Assembly (NCBI GenBank): GCA_964247055.1
Contig: OZ176050.1
Span: forward strand, 434,001 to 498,000
From: Paragordius varius
Lineage: Eukaryota > Animalia > Nematomorpha
Length of the DNA: 64,000 nt
Direction: 5' to 3'
Positions 1 to 11,346 of this stretch are shown piece after piece (the stretch's first letter is position 1; the number at the start of each line of letters is the position of its first letter). Both the position numbers and the translations under genes were made by a program. The notes beneath the pieces are model-generated. The model had not been told where the DNA came from and did not search any database. It saw nothing but the letters and a program-made list of their open reading frames with translations.

Positions 1-2897
1 ATTTTAAAAATAAAAATGGCTACCTAAAATCCAAATTTGATCAGGTGATGTCACCATAATTTTTTTTGGGTAGCCCTATGGTAGTTCCATCATCACCCCA
101 AATATTTTCGAGATCGGAGTATAAATGTAATTTTTATAAATTTTTTAAATATTTATTTTATACGATTTTAAAAATAAAAATGGCTACCTTAAATCTAAAT
201 TTGATCAGGTGATGTCACCATAATTTTTTTTGGGTAGCCCTATGGTAGTTCCATCATCACCCCAAATATTTTCGAGATCGGACTATAAATGTAATTTTTA
301 TGAATTTTTTAAATATTTAAAAAATTTATTTTAAACGATTTTAAAAATAAAAATGGCTACCTAAAATCCAAATTTGATCAGGTGATGTCACCATAATATT
401 TTTTGGGTAGCCCTATGGTAGTTCCATCATCACCCCAAATATTGTCGAGATCGGATTATAAATGTAATTTTTATTTAAAAAATTTATTTTATACGATTTT
501 AAAAATAAAAATGGCTACCTAAAATCCAAATTTGATCAGGTGATGTCACCATAATTTTTTTTGGGTAGCCCTATGGTACATCATCACCCCAAATATTTTC
601 GAGATCGGAGTATAAATGTAATTTTTATGAATTTTTTAAATATTTAAAAAATTTATTTTATACGATTTTAAAAATAAAAATGGCTACCTAAAATCCAAAT
701 TTGATCAGGTGATGTCACCATAATTTTTTTTGGGTAGCCCTATGGTAGTTCCATCATCACCCCGAATACTTTGGGGATCGGACTATAAATGTAATTTTTA
801 TTTGAAAAATTTATTTTATACGATTTTAAAAATAAAAATGGCTACCTAAAATCCAAATTTGATCAGGTGATGTCACCATAATTTTTTTTGGGTAGCCCTA
901 TGGTAGTTCCATCATCACCCCAAATATTTTGGGGATCGGAGTATAAATGTAATTTTTATGAATTTTTAAAATATTTATTTATTTTATACGATTTTAAAAA
1001 TAAAAATGGCTACCTAAAATCCAAATTTGATCAGGTGATGTCACCATAATTTTTTTTGGGTAGCCCTATGGTAGTTCCATCATCACCCCGAATACTTTGG
1101 GGATCGGACTATAAATGTAATTTTTATGAATTTTTTAAATATTTAAAAAATTTATTTTATACGATTTTAAAAATAAAAATGGCTACCTAAAATCCAAATT
1201 TGATCAGGTGATGTCGCCAAAATTTTTTTTGGGTAGCCCTATAGTAGTTCCATCATCACCATAAATATTTTGGGGATCGGAGTATAAATGTAATTTTTAT
1301 GAATTTTTTAAATATTTAAAAAATTTATTTTATACGATTTAAAAAATAAAAATGGCTACCTAAAATCCAAATTTGATCAGGTGATGTCACCATAATTTTT
1401 TTTGGGTAGCCCTATGGTAGTTCCATCATCTACCCAAATATTGTCGAGATCGGAGTATAAATGTAATTTTTTTGAATTTTTTAAATATTTAAAAAATTTA
1501 TTTTATACGATTTTAAAAATAAAAATGGCTACCTAAAATCCAAATTTGATCAGGTGATGTCGCCATAATTTTTTTTGGGTAGCCCTATGGTAGTTCCATC
1601 ATCACCCCGAATACTTTGGGGATCGGACTATAAATGTAATTTTTATGAATTTTTTAATTTAAAAAATTTATTTTATACGATTTTAAAAATAAAAATGGCT
1701 GCCTAAAATCCAAATTTGATCAGGTGATGTCGCCATAATTTTTTTGGGTAGCCCTATAGTAGTTCCATCATCACCCCAAATATTTTGGGGATCCGACTAT
1801 AAATGTAATTTTTATGAATTTTTTAAATATTTGAAAAATTTATTTTATACGATTTTAAAAATAAAAATGGCTACCTAAAATCCAAATTTGATCAGGTGAT
1901 GTCACCATAATTTTTTTTGGGTAGCCCTATGGTAGTTCCATCATCACCCCAAATATTTTCGAGATCGGAGTATAAATGTAATTTTTATAAATTTTTTAAA
2001 TATTTAAAAAATTTATTTTATACGATTTTAAAAATAAAAATGGCTACCTAAAATCCAAATTTGATCAGGTGATGTCGCCATAATTTTTTTTGGGTAGCCC
2101 TATGGTAGTTCCATCATCACCCCAAATATTTTCGAGATCGGAGTATAAATGTAATTTTTATGAATTTTTTAAATATTTAAAAAATTTATTTTATACGATT
2201 TTAAAAATAAAAATGGCTACCTAAAATCCAAATTTGATCAGGTGATGTCGCCATGATTTTTTTTGGGTAGCCCTATGGTAGTTCCATCATCACCCCAAAT
2301 ATTTTCGAGATCGGAGTATAAATATAATTTTTATGAATTTCTTAAATATTTAAAAAATTTATTTTATACGATTAAAATAAAAATGGCTACCTAAAATCCA
2401 AATTTGATCAGGTGATGTCGCCATAATTATTTTTGGGTAGCCCTATAGTAGTTCCATCATCACCTCAAATATTTTGGGGATCGGAGTATAAATGTAATTT
2501 TTATGAATTTTTTAAATATTTAAAAAATTATTTTATACGATTTTAAAAATAAAAATGGCTACCTAAAATCCAAATTTGATCAGGTGATGTCACTATAATT
2601 TTTTTTGGGTAGCCCTATGGTAGTTCCATCATCACCCCAAATATTGTTGAGATCGGAGTATAAATGTAATTTTTATGAATTTTTTAAATATTTAAAAAAT
2701 TTATTTTATACGATATTAAAAATAAAAATGGCTACCTAAAATCCAAATTTGATCAGGTGATGTCGCCATAATTTTTTTTGCGTAGCCCTATGGTTGTTCC
2801 ATCACCCCAAATATTTTCGAGATCGGAGTATAAATGTAATTTTTATGAATTTTCTAAATATTTAAAAAATTTATTTTATACGATATTAAAAATAAAA

Positions 2898-3070
2898 ATG
2901 GCTACCTAAAATCCAAATTTGATCAGGTGATGTCACCATAATTTTTTTTGGGTAGCCCTATGGTAGTTCCATCATCACCCCAAATATTTTCGAGATCGGA
3001 GTATAAATGTAATTTTTATGAATTTTTTAAATATTTAAAAAATTTATTTTATACGATTTTAAAAATAAAA
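2898..3070. repeat. Reference (consensus-type) monomer, 173 bp
   Basis: Matches the consensus (GTCACC / TTCGAG / GGAG alleles). 46/173 G+C in the consensus: positions 1-104 are ~40% GC and 105-173 ~6% GC. One TGATCA (BclI) and two GATC sites per monomer. Confidence 0.95.
3021..3044. other. Perfect 24-bp AT palindrome AATTTTTTAAAT|ATTTAAAAAATT (monomer positions 124-147), present in most monomers
   Basis: The sequence equals its own reverse complement and extends to 30 bp (121-150) with one G-T pair. Coordinates are for the reference monomer. Confidence 0.93.
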
Positions 3071-3930
3071 ATGGCTACCTAAAATCCAAATTTGATCAGG
3101 TGATGTCGCCAAAATTTTTTTTGTAGCCCTATAGTAGTTCCATCATCACCATAAATATTTTGGGGATCGGAGTATAAATGTAATTTTTATGAATTTTTTA
3201 AATATTTAAAAAATTTATTTTATACGATTTTAAAAATAAAAATGGCTACCTAAAATCCAAATTTGATCAGGTGATGTCACCATAATTTTTTTTGGGTAGC
3301 CCTATGGTAGTTCCATCATCTACCCAAATATTGTCGAGATCGGAGTATAAATGTAATTTTTTTGAATTTTTTAAATATTTAAAAAATTTATTTTATACGA
3401 TTTTAAAAATAAAAATGGCTACCTAAAATCCAAATTTGATCAGGTGATGTCGCCATAATTTTTTTTGGGTAGCCCTATGGTAGTTCCATCATCACCCCGA
3501 ATACTTTGGGGATCGGACTATAAATGTAATTTTTATGAATTTTTTAATTTAAAAAATTTATTTTATACGATTTTAAAAATAAAAATGGCTACCTAAAATC
3601 CAAATTTGATCAGGTGATGTCGCCATGATTTTTTTTACGTAGCCCTATGGTAGTTCCATCATCACCCCAAATATTTTGGGGATCGGACTATAAATGTAAT
3701 TTTTATGAATTTTTCAAATATTTGAAAAATTTATTTTATACGATTTTAAAAATAAAAATGGCTACCTAAAATCCAAATTTGATCAGGTGATGTCACCATA
3801 ATTTTTTTTGGGTAGCCCTATGGTAGTTCCATCATCACCCCAAATATTTTCGAGATCGGAGTATAAATGTAATTTTTATGAATTTTTTAAATATTTAAAA
3901 AATTTATTTTATACGATTTTAAAAATAAAA

Positions 3931-5660
3931 ATGGCTACCTAAAATCCAAATTTGATCAGGTGATGTCACCATAATTTTTTTTGGGTAGCCCTATGGTAGT
4001 TCCATCATCACCCCAAATATTTTGGGGATCGGACTATAAATGTAATTTTTATGAATTTTTTAAATATTTAAAAAATTTATTTTATACGATTTTAAAAATA
4101 AAAATGGCTACCTAAAATCCAAATTTGATCAGGTGATGTCGCCATAATTTTTTTTGGGTAGCCCTATGGTAGTTCCATCATCACCCCGAATACTTTGGGG
4201 ATCGGACTATAAATGTAATTTTTATGAATTTTTTAAATATTTAAAAAATTTATTTTATACGATTTTAAAAATAAAAATGGCTACCTAAAATCCAAATTTG
4301 ATCAGGTGATGTCGCCATAATTTTTTTTGGGTAGCCCTATAGTAGTTCCATCATCACCCCAAATATTTTGGGGATCGGACTATAAATGTAATTTTTATGA
4401 ATTTTTTAAATATTTGAAAAATTAATTTTATACGATTTTAAAAATAAAAATGGCTACCTAAAATCCAAATTTGATCAGGTGATGTCACCATAATTTTTTT
4501 TGCGTAGCCCTATGGTTGTTCCATCATCACCCCAAATATTTTGGGGATCGGAGTATAAATGTAATTTTTATGAATTTTTTAAATATTTAAAAAATTTATT
4601 TTATACGATATTAAAAATAAAAATGGCTACCTAAAATCCAAATTTGATCAGGTGATGTCGCCATAATTTTTTTTGCGTAGCCCTATGGTTGTTCCATCAT
4701 CACCCCAAATATTTTCGAGATCGGAGTATAAATGTAATTTTTATGAATTTTCTAAATATTTAAAAAATTTATTTTATACGATTTTAAAAATAAAAATGGC
4801 TACCTAAAATCCAAATTTGATCAGGTGATGTCACCATAATTTTTTTTGGGTAGCCCTATGGTAGTTCCATCATCACCCCAAATATTTTGGGGATCGGACT
4901 ATAAATGTAATTTTTATGAATTTTTTAAATATTTAAAAAATTTATTTTATACGATTTTAAAAATAAAAATGGCTACCTAAAATCCAAATTTGATCAGGTG
5001 ATGTCGCCATAATTTTTTTTGGGTAGCCCTATGGTAGTTCCATCATCACCCCGAATACTTTAGGGATCGGACTATAAATGTAATTTTTATGAATTTTTTA
5101 AATATTTAAAAAATTTATTTTATACGATTTTAAAAATAAAAATGGCTACCTAAAATCCAAATTTGATCAGGTGATGTCGCCATAATTTTTTTTGGGTAGC
5201 CCTATAGTAGTTCCATCATCACCCCAAATATTTTGGGGATCGGACTATAAATGTAATTTTTATGAATTTTTTAAATATTTGAAAAATTAATTTTATACGA
5301 TTTTAAAAATAAAAATGGCTACCTAAAATCCAAATTTGATCAGGTGATGTCACCATAATTTTTTTTGCGTAGCCCTATGGTTGTTCCATCATCACCCCAA
5401 ATATTTTGGGGATCGGAGTATAAATGTAATTTTTATGAATTTTTTAAATATTTAAAAAATTTATTTTATACGATATTAAAAATAAAAATGGCTACCTAAA
5501 ATCCAAATTTGATCAGGTGATGTCGCCATAATTTTTTTTGCGTAGCCCTATGGTTGTTCCATCATCACCCCAAATATTTTCGAGATCGGAGTATAAATGT
5601 AATTTTTATGAATTTTCTAAATATTTAAAAAATTTATTTTATACGATATTAAAAATAAAA
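3931..5660. repeat. Local 5-mer higher-order repeat, 2 copies (865 bp: 3931-4795, 4796-5660)
   Basis: Same order of variant monomers, including the private marker GAAAAATTAATTTT in the monomers at 4277 and 5142. The copies differ by a few substitutions. Confidence 0.85.
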
Positions 5661-8600
5661 ATGGCTACCTAAAATCCAAATTTGATCAGGTGATGTCACC
5701 ATAATTTTTTTTGGGTAGCCCTATGGTAGTTCCATCATCACCCCAAATATTTTCGAGATCGGAGTATAAATGTAATTTTTATGAATTTTTTAAATATTTA
5801 AAAAATTTATTTTATACGATTTTAAAAATAAAAATGGCTACCTAAAATCCAAATTTGATCAGGTGATGTCACCATAATTTTTTTTGGGTAGCCCTATGGT
5901 AGTTCCATCATCACCCCAAATATTGTCGAGATCGGATTATAAATGTAATTTTTATTTAAAAAATTTATTTTATACGATTTTAAAAATAAAAATGGCTACC
6001 TAAAATCCAAATTTGATCAGGTGATGTCACCATAATTTTTTTTGGGTAACCTTATGGTACATCATCACCCCAAATATTTTCGAGATCGGAGTATAAATGT
6101 AATTTTTATGAATTTTTTAAATATTTAAAAAATTTATTTTATACGATTTTAAAAATAAAAATGGCTACCTAAAATCCAAATTTGATCAGGTGATGTCACC
6201 ATAATTTTTTTTGGGTAGCCCTATGGTAGTTCCATCATCACCCCAAATATTTTGGGGATCGGACTATAAATGTAATTTTTATGAATTTTTTAAATATGTA
6301 AAAAATTTATTTTATACGATTTGAAAAATAAAAATGGCTACCTAAAATCCAAATTTGATCAGGTGATGTCGCCATGATTTTTTTTACGTAGCCCTATGGT
6401 AGTTCCATCATCACCCCAAATATTTTGGGGATCGGACTATAAATGTAATTTTTATGAATTTTTTAAATATTTAAAAAATTTATTTTATACGATTTTAAAA
6501 ATAAAAATGGCTACCTAAAATCTAAATTTGATCAGGTGATGTCACCATAATTTTTTTTGGTAGCCCTATGGTAGTTCCATCATCACCCCAAATATTTTCG
6601 AGATCGGAGTATAAATGTAATTTTTATGAATTTTTTAAATATTTAAAAAATTTATTTTATACGATTTTAAAAATAAAAATGGCTACCTAAAATCCAAATT
6701 TGATCAGGTGATGTCACCATAATTTTTTTTGGGTAGCCCTATGGTAGTTCCATCATCACCCCAAATATTTTGGGGATCGGACTATAAATGTAATTTTTAT
6801 GAATTTTTTTAATATTTAAAAAATTTATTTTATACGATTTTAAAAATAAAAATGGCTACCTAAAATCCAAATTTGATCAGGTGATGTCGCCATAATTTTT
6901 TTTGGGTAGCCCTATGGTAGTTCCATCATCACCCCGAATACTTTGGGGATCGGACTATAAATGTAATTTTTATGAATTTTTTAAATATTTAAAAAATTTA
7001 TTTTATACGATTTTAAAAATAAAAATGGCTACCTAAAATCCAAATTTGATCAGGTGATGTCGCCATAATTTTTTTTGGGTAGCCCTATAGTAGTTCCATC
7101 ATCACCCCAAATATTTTGGGGATCGGACTATAAATGTAATTTTTATGAATTTTTTAAATATTTGAAAAATTTATTTTATACGATTTTAAAAATAAAAATG
7201 GCTACCTAAAATCCAAATTTGATCAGGTGATGTCGCCATAATTTTTTTGGGTAGCCCTATGGTTGTTCCATCATCACCCCAAATATTTTGGGGATCGGAG
7301 TATAAATGTAATTTTTATGAATTTTTTAAATATTTAAAAAATTTATTTTATACGATATTAAAAATAAAAATGGCTACCTAAAATCCAAATTTGATCAGGT
7401 GATGTCACCATAATTTTTTTTGGGTAGCCCTATGGTAGTTCCATCATCACCCCAAATATTGTCGAGATCGGAGTATAAATGTAATTTTTTTGAATTTTTT
7501 AAATATTTAAAAAATTTATTTTATACGATTTTAAAAATAAAAATGGCTACCTAAAATCCAAATTTGATCAGGTGATGTCACCATAATTTTTTTTGGGTAG
7601 CCCGATGGTAGTTCCATCATCACCCCAAATATTTTCGAGATCGGAGTATAAATGTAATTTTTATGAATTTTTTAAATATTTAAAAAATTTATTTTATACG
7701 ATTTTAAAAATAAAAATGGCTACCTAAAATCCAAATTTGATCAGGTGATGTCACCATATTTTTTTTTGGGTAGCCCTATGGTAGTTCCATCATCACCCCG
7801 AATACTTTGGGGATCGGACTATAAATGTAATTTTTTTGAATTTTTTAAATATTTAAAAAATTTATTTTATACGATTTTAAAAATAAAAATGGCTACCTAA
7901 AATCCAAATTTGATCAGGTGATGTCGCCATAATTTTTTTTGGGTAGCCCTATGGTAGTTCCATCATCACCCCAAATATTTTGGGGATCGGACTATAAATG
8001 TAATTTTTATGAATTTTTTAAATATTTAAAAAATTTATTTTATACGATTTTAAAAATAAAAATGGCTACCTAAAATTTAAATTTAATCAGGTGATGTTAC
8101 ATAATTTTTTTTGGGTAGCCCTATGGTAGTTCCATCATCACCCCAAATATTTTGGGGATCGGACTATAAATGTAATTTTTATGAATTTTTTAAATATTTA
8201 AAAAATTTATTTTATACGATTTTAAAAATAAAAATGGCTACCTAAAATCCAAATTTGATCAGGTGATGTCACTATAATTTTTTTGGGTAGCCCTATGGTA
8301 GTTCCATCATCACCTCAAATATTTTGGGGATCGGACTATAAATGTAATTTTTATGAATTTTTTAAATATTTAAAAAATTTATTTTATACGATTTTAAAAA
8401 TAAAAATGGCTACCTAAAATCCAAATTTGATCAGGTGATGTCACCATAATTTTTTTTGGGTAGCCTTATGGTAGTTCCATCATCACCCCAAATATTTTCG
8501 AGATCGGAGTATAAATGTAATTTTTATGAATTTTTTAAATATTTAAAAAATTTATTTTATACGATTTTAAAAATAAAAATGGCTACCTAAAATCCAAATT

Positions 8601-9615
8601 TGATCAGGTGATGTCGCCATAATTTTTTTTGGGTAGCCCTAGAGTAGTTCCATCATCACCCCAAATATTTTTGAGATCGGAGTATAAATGTAATTTTTAT
8701 GAATTTTTTAAATATTTAAAAAATTTATTTTATACGATTTTAAAAATAAAAATGGCTACCTAAAATCCAAATTTGATCAGGTGATGTCACCATAATTTTT
8801 ATTGGGTAGCCCTATGGTAGTTCCATCATCACCCCAAATATTGTCGAGATCGGAGTATAAATGTAATTTTTATGAATTTTTTAAATATTTAAAAAATTTA
8901 TTATATACGATTTTAAAAATAAAAATGGCTACCTAAAATCCAAATTTGATCAGGTGATGTCACTATAATTTTTTTGGGTAGCCCTATGGTAGTTCCATCA
9001 TCACCTCAAATATTTTGGGGATCGGACTATAAATGTAATTTTTATGAATTTTTTAAATATTTAAAAAATTTATTTTATACGATTTTAAAAATAAAAATGG
9101 CTACCTAAAATCCAAATTTGATCAGGTGATGTCACCATAATTTTTTTTGGGTAGCCCTATGGTAGTTCCATCATCACCCCAAATATTTTAGAGATCGAAG
9201 TATAAATGTAATTTTTATGAATTTTTTAAATATTTAAAAAATTTATTTTATACGATTTTAAAAATAAAAATGCCTACCTAAAATCCAAATTTGATCAGGT
9301 GATGTCGCCATAATTTTTTTTGGGTAGCCCTATCGTAGTTCCATCATCACCCCGAATACTTTGGGGATCGGACTATAAATGTAATTTTTATGAATTTTTT
9401 AAATATTTAAAAAATTTATTTTATACGATTTTAAAAATAAAAATGGCTACCTAAAATCCAAATTCGATCAGGTGATGTCGCCATAATTTTTTTTGAGTAG
9501 CCCTATGGTAGTTCCATCATCACCCCGAATACTTTGGGGATCGGACTATAAATGTAATTTTTATGAATTTTTTAAATATTTAAAAAATTTATTTTATACG
9601 ATTTTAAAAATAAAA

Positions 9616-11001
9616 ATGGCTACCTAAAATCCAAATTTGATCAGGTGATGTCGCCATAATTTTTTTTGGGTAGCCCTATAGTAGTTCCATCATCACCCCA
9701 AATATTTTCGAGATCGGAGTATAAATGTAATTTTTATGAATTTTTTAAATATTTAAAAAATTTATTTTATACGATTTTAAAAATAAAAATGGCTCCCTAA
9801 AATCCAAATTTGATCAGGTGATGTCGCCATAAATTTTTTTTGGGTAGCCCTATGGTAGTTCCATCATCACCCCAAATATTTTCGAGATCGGAGTATTAAT
9901 GTAATTTTTATGAATTTATTAAATATTTAAAAAATTTATTTTATACGATTTTAAAAATAAAAATGGCTACCTAAAATCCAAATTTGATCCAATGATGTCA
10001 CCATAATTTTTTTTGGGTAGCCCTATGGTAGTTCCATCATCACCCCAAATATTTTCGAGATCGGAGTATAAATGTAATTTTTATGAATTTTTTAAATATT
10101 TAAAAAATTTATTTTATACGATTTTAAAAATAAAAATGGCTACCTAAAATCCAAATTTGATCAGGTGATGTCGCCATAATTTTTTTTGAGTAGCTCTATG
10201 GTAGTTCCATCATCACCCCGAATACTTTGGGGATCGGACTATAAATGTAATTTTTATGAATTTTTTAAATATTTAAAAAATTTATTTTATACGATTTTAA
10301 AAATAAAAATGGCTACCTAAAATCCAAATTTGATCAGGTGATGTCGCCATAATTTTTTTTGGGTAGCCCTATAGTAGTTCCATCATCACCCCAAATATTT
10401 TCGAGATCGGAGTATAAATGTAATTTTTATGAATTTTTTAAATATTTAAAAAATTTATTTTATACGATTTTAAAAATAAAAATGGCTCCCTAAAATCCAA
10501 ATTTGATCAGGTGATGTCGCCATAAATTTTTTTTGGGTAGCCCTATGGTAGTTCCATCATCACCCCAAATATTTTCGAGATCGGAGTATTAATGTAATTT
10601 TTATGAATTTATTAAATATTTAAAAAATTTATTTTATACGATTTTAAAAATAAAAATGGCTACCTAAAATCCAAATTTGATCAGGTGATGTCACCATAAT
10701 TTTTTTTGGGTAGCCCTATGGTAGTTCCATCATCACCCCAAATATTTTCGAGATCGGAGTATAAATGTAATTTTTATGAATTTTTTAAATATTTAAAAAA
10801 TTTATTTTATACGATTTTAAAAATAAAAATGGCTACCTAAAATCCAAATTTGATCAGGTGATGTCGCCATAATTTTTTTTGAGTAGCTCTATGGTAGTTC
10901 CATCATCACCCCGAATACTTTGGGGATCGGACTATAAATGTAATTTTTATGAATTTTTTAAATATTTAAAAAATTTATTTTATACGATTTTAAAAATAAA
11001 A
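9616..11001. repeat. Local 4-mer higher-order repeat, 2 copies (693 bp)
   Basis: The order CTATAG, GGCTCCC (174 bp), GTCACC, GAGTAGCTC starts at 9616 and again at 10309. Confidence 0.85.
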
Positions 11002-11346
11002 ATGGCTACCTAAAATCCAAATTTGATCAGGTGATGTCGCCATAATTTTTTTGGGTAGCTCTATAGTAGTTCCATCATCACCCCAAATATTTTTGAGATC
11101 GAAGTATAAATGTAATTTTTATGAATTTTTTAAATATTTAAAAAATTTATTTTATACGATTTTAAAAATAAAAATGCCTACCTAAAATCCAAATTTGATC
11201 AGGTGATGTCGCCATAATTTTTTTTGGGTAGCCCTATCGTAGTTCCATCATCACCCCGAATACTTTGGGGATCGGACTATAAATGTAATTTTTATGAATT
11301 TTTTAAATATTTAAAAAATTTATTTTATACGATTTTAAAAATAAAA

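Noticed and set aside
16-27. AAAAATGGCTACCTAA: an ATG in a good initiation context in every monomer
   Set aside because: It encodes only Met-Ala-Thr-stop. Stops close all three plus frames (positions 10, 23, 42) and all three minus frames (positions 5, 9, 61) within ~60 bp, so there is no CDS.
2900-2957. MITE or Helitron origin suggested by the inverted repeats and hairpins
   Set aside because: The inverted repeats are internal and short, with no target-site duplication, no TC...CTRR termini and no flanking unique sequence.
2899-2974. Pol III A/B boxes or tRNA/SINE origin (TGGCTAC..., AGTTCCATC)
   Set aside because: Poor match to TRGCNNARYGG and GTTCRANNC, and no cloverleaf.
2900-2979. Canonical HDV-like ribozyme call
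   Set aside because: The P1/P2-like crossing stems exist, but P3, L3, P1.1 and the catalytic J4/2 C are missing on both strands. Kept only as a structural observation.
2960-2997. Hammerhead ribozyme fragments on the minus strand (CGAAA and TGATGA)
   Set aside because: The core reads GUGAUGA rather than CUGAUGA, the motifs are only ~10 nt apart with no room for the required stems, and CGAAA is absent from many monomers.
3002-3008. TATAAA(T) TATA box and AATAAA poly(A) signal in each monomer
   Set aside because: Expected by chance in a ~94% AT segment, with no supporting gene context or expression data.
2898-3070. Assignment to alpha satellite, Arabidopsis CEN178, Drosophila 1.688 or another named family; CENP-B box
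   Set aside because: Only the length is similar. I recognise no diagnostic motif, and no CENP-B box (TTCG....A..CGGG) is present. A database search is needed.
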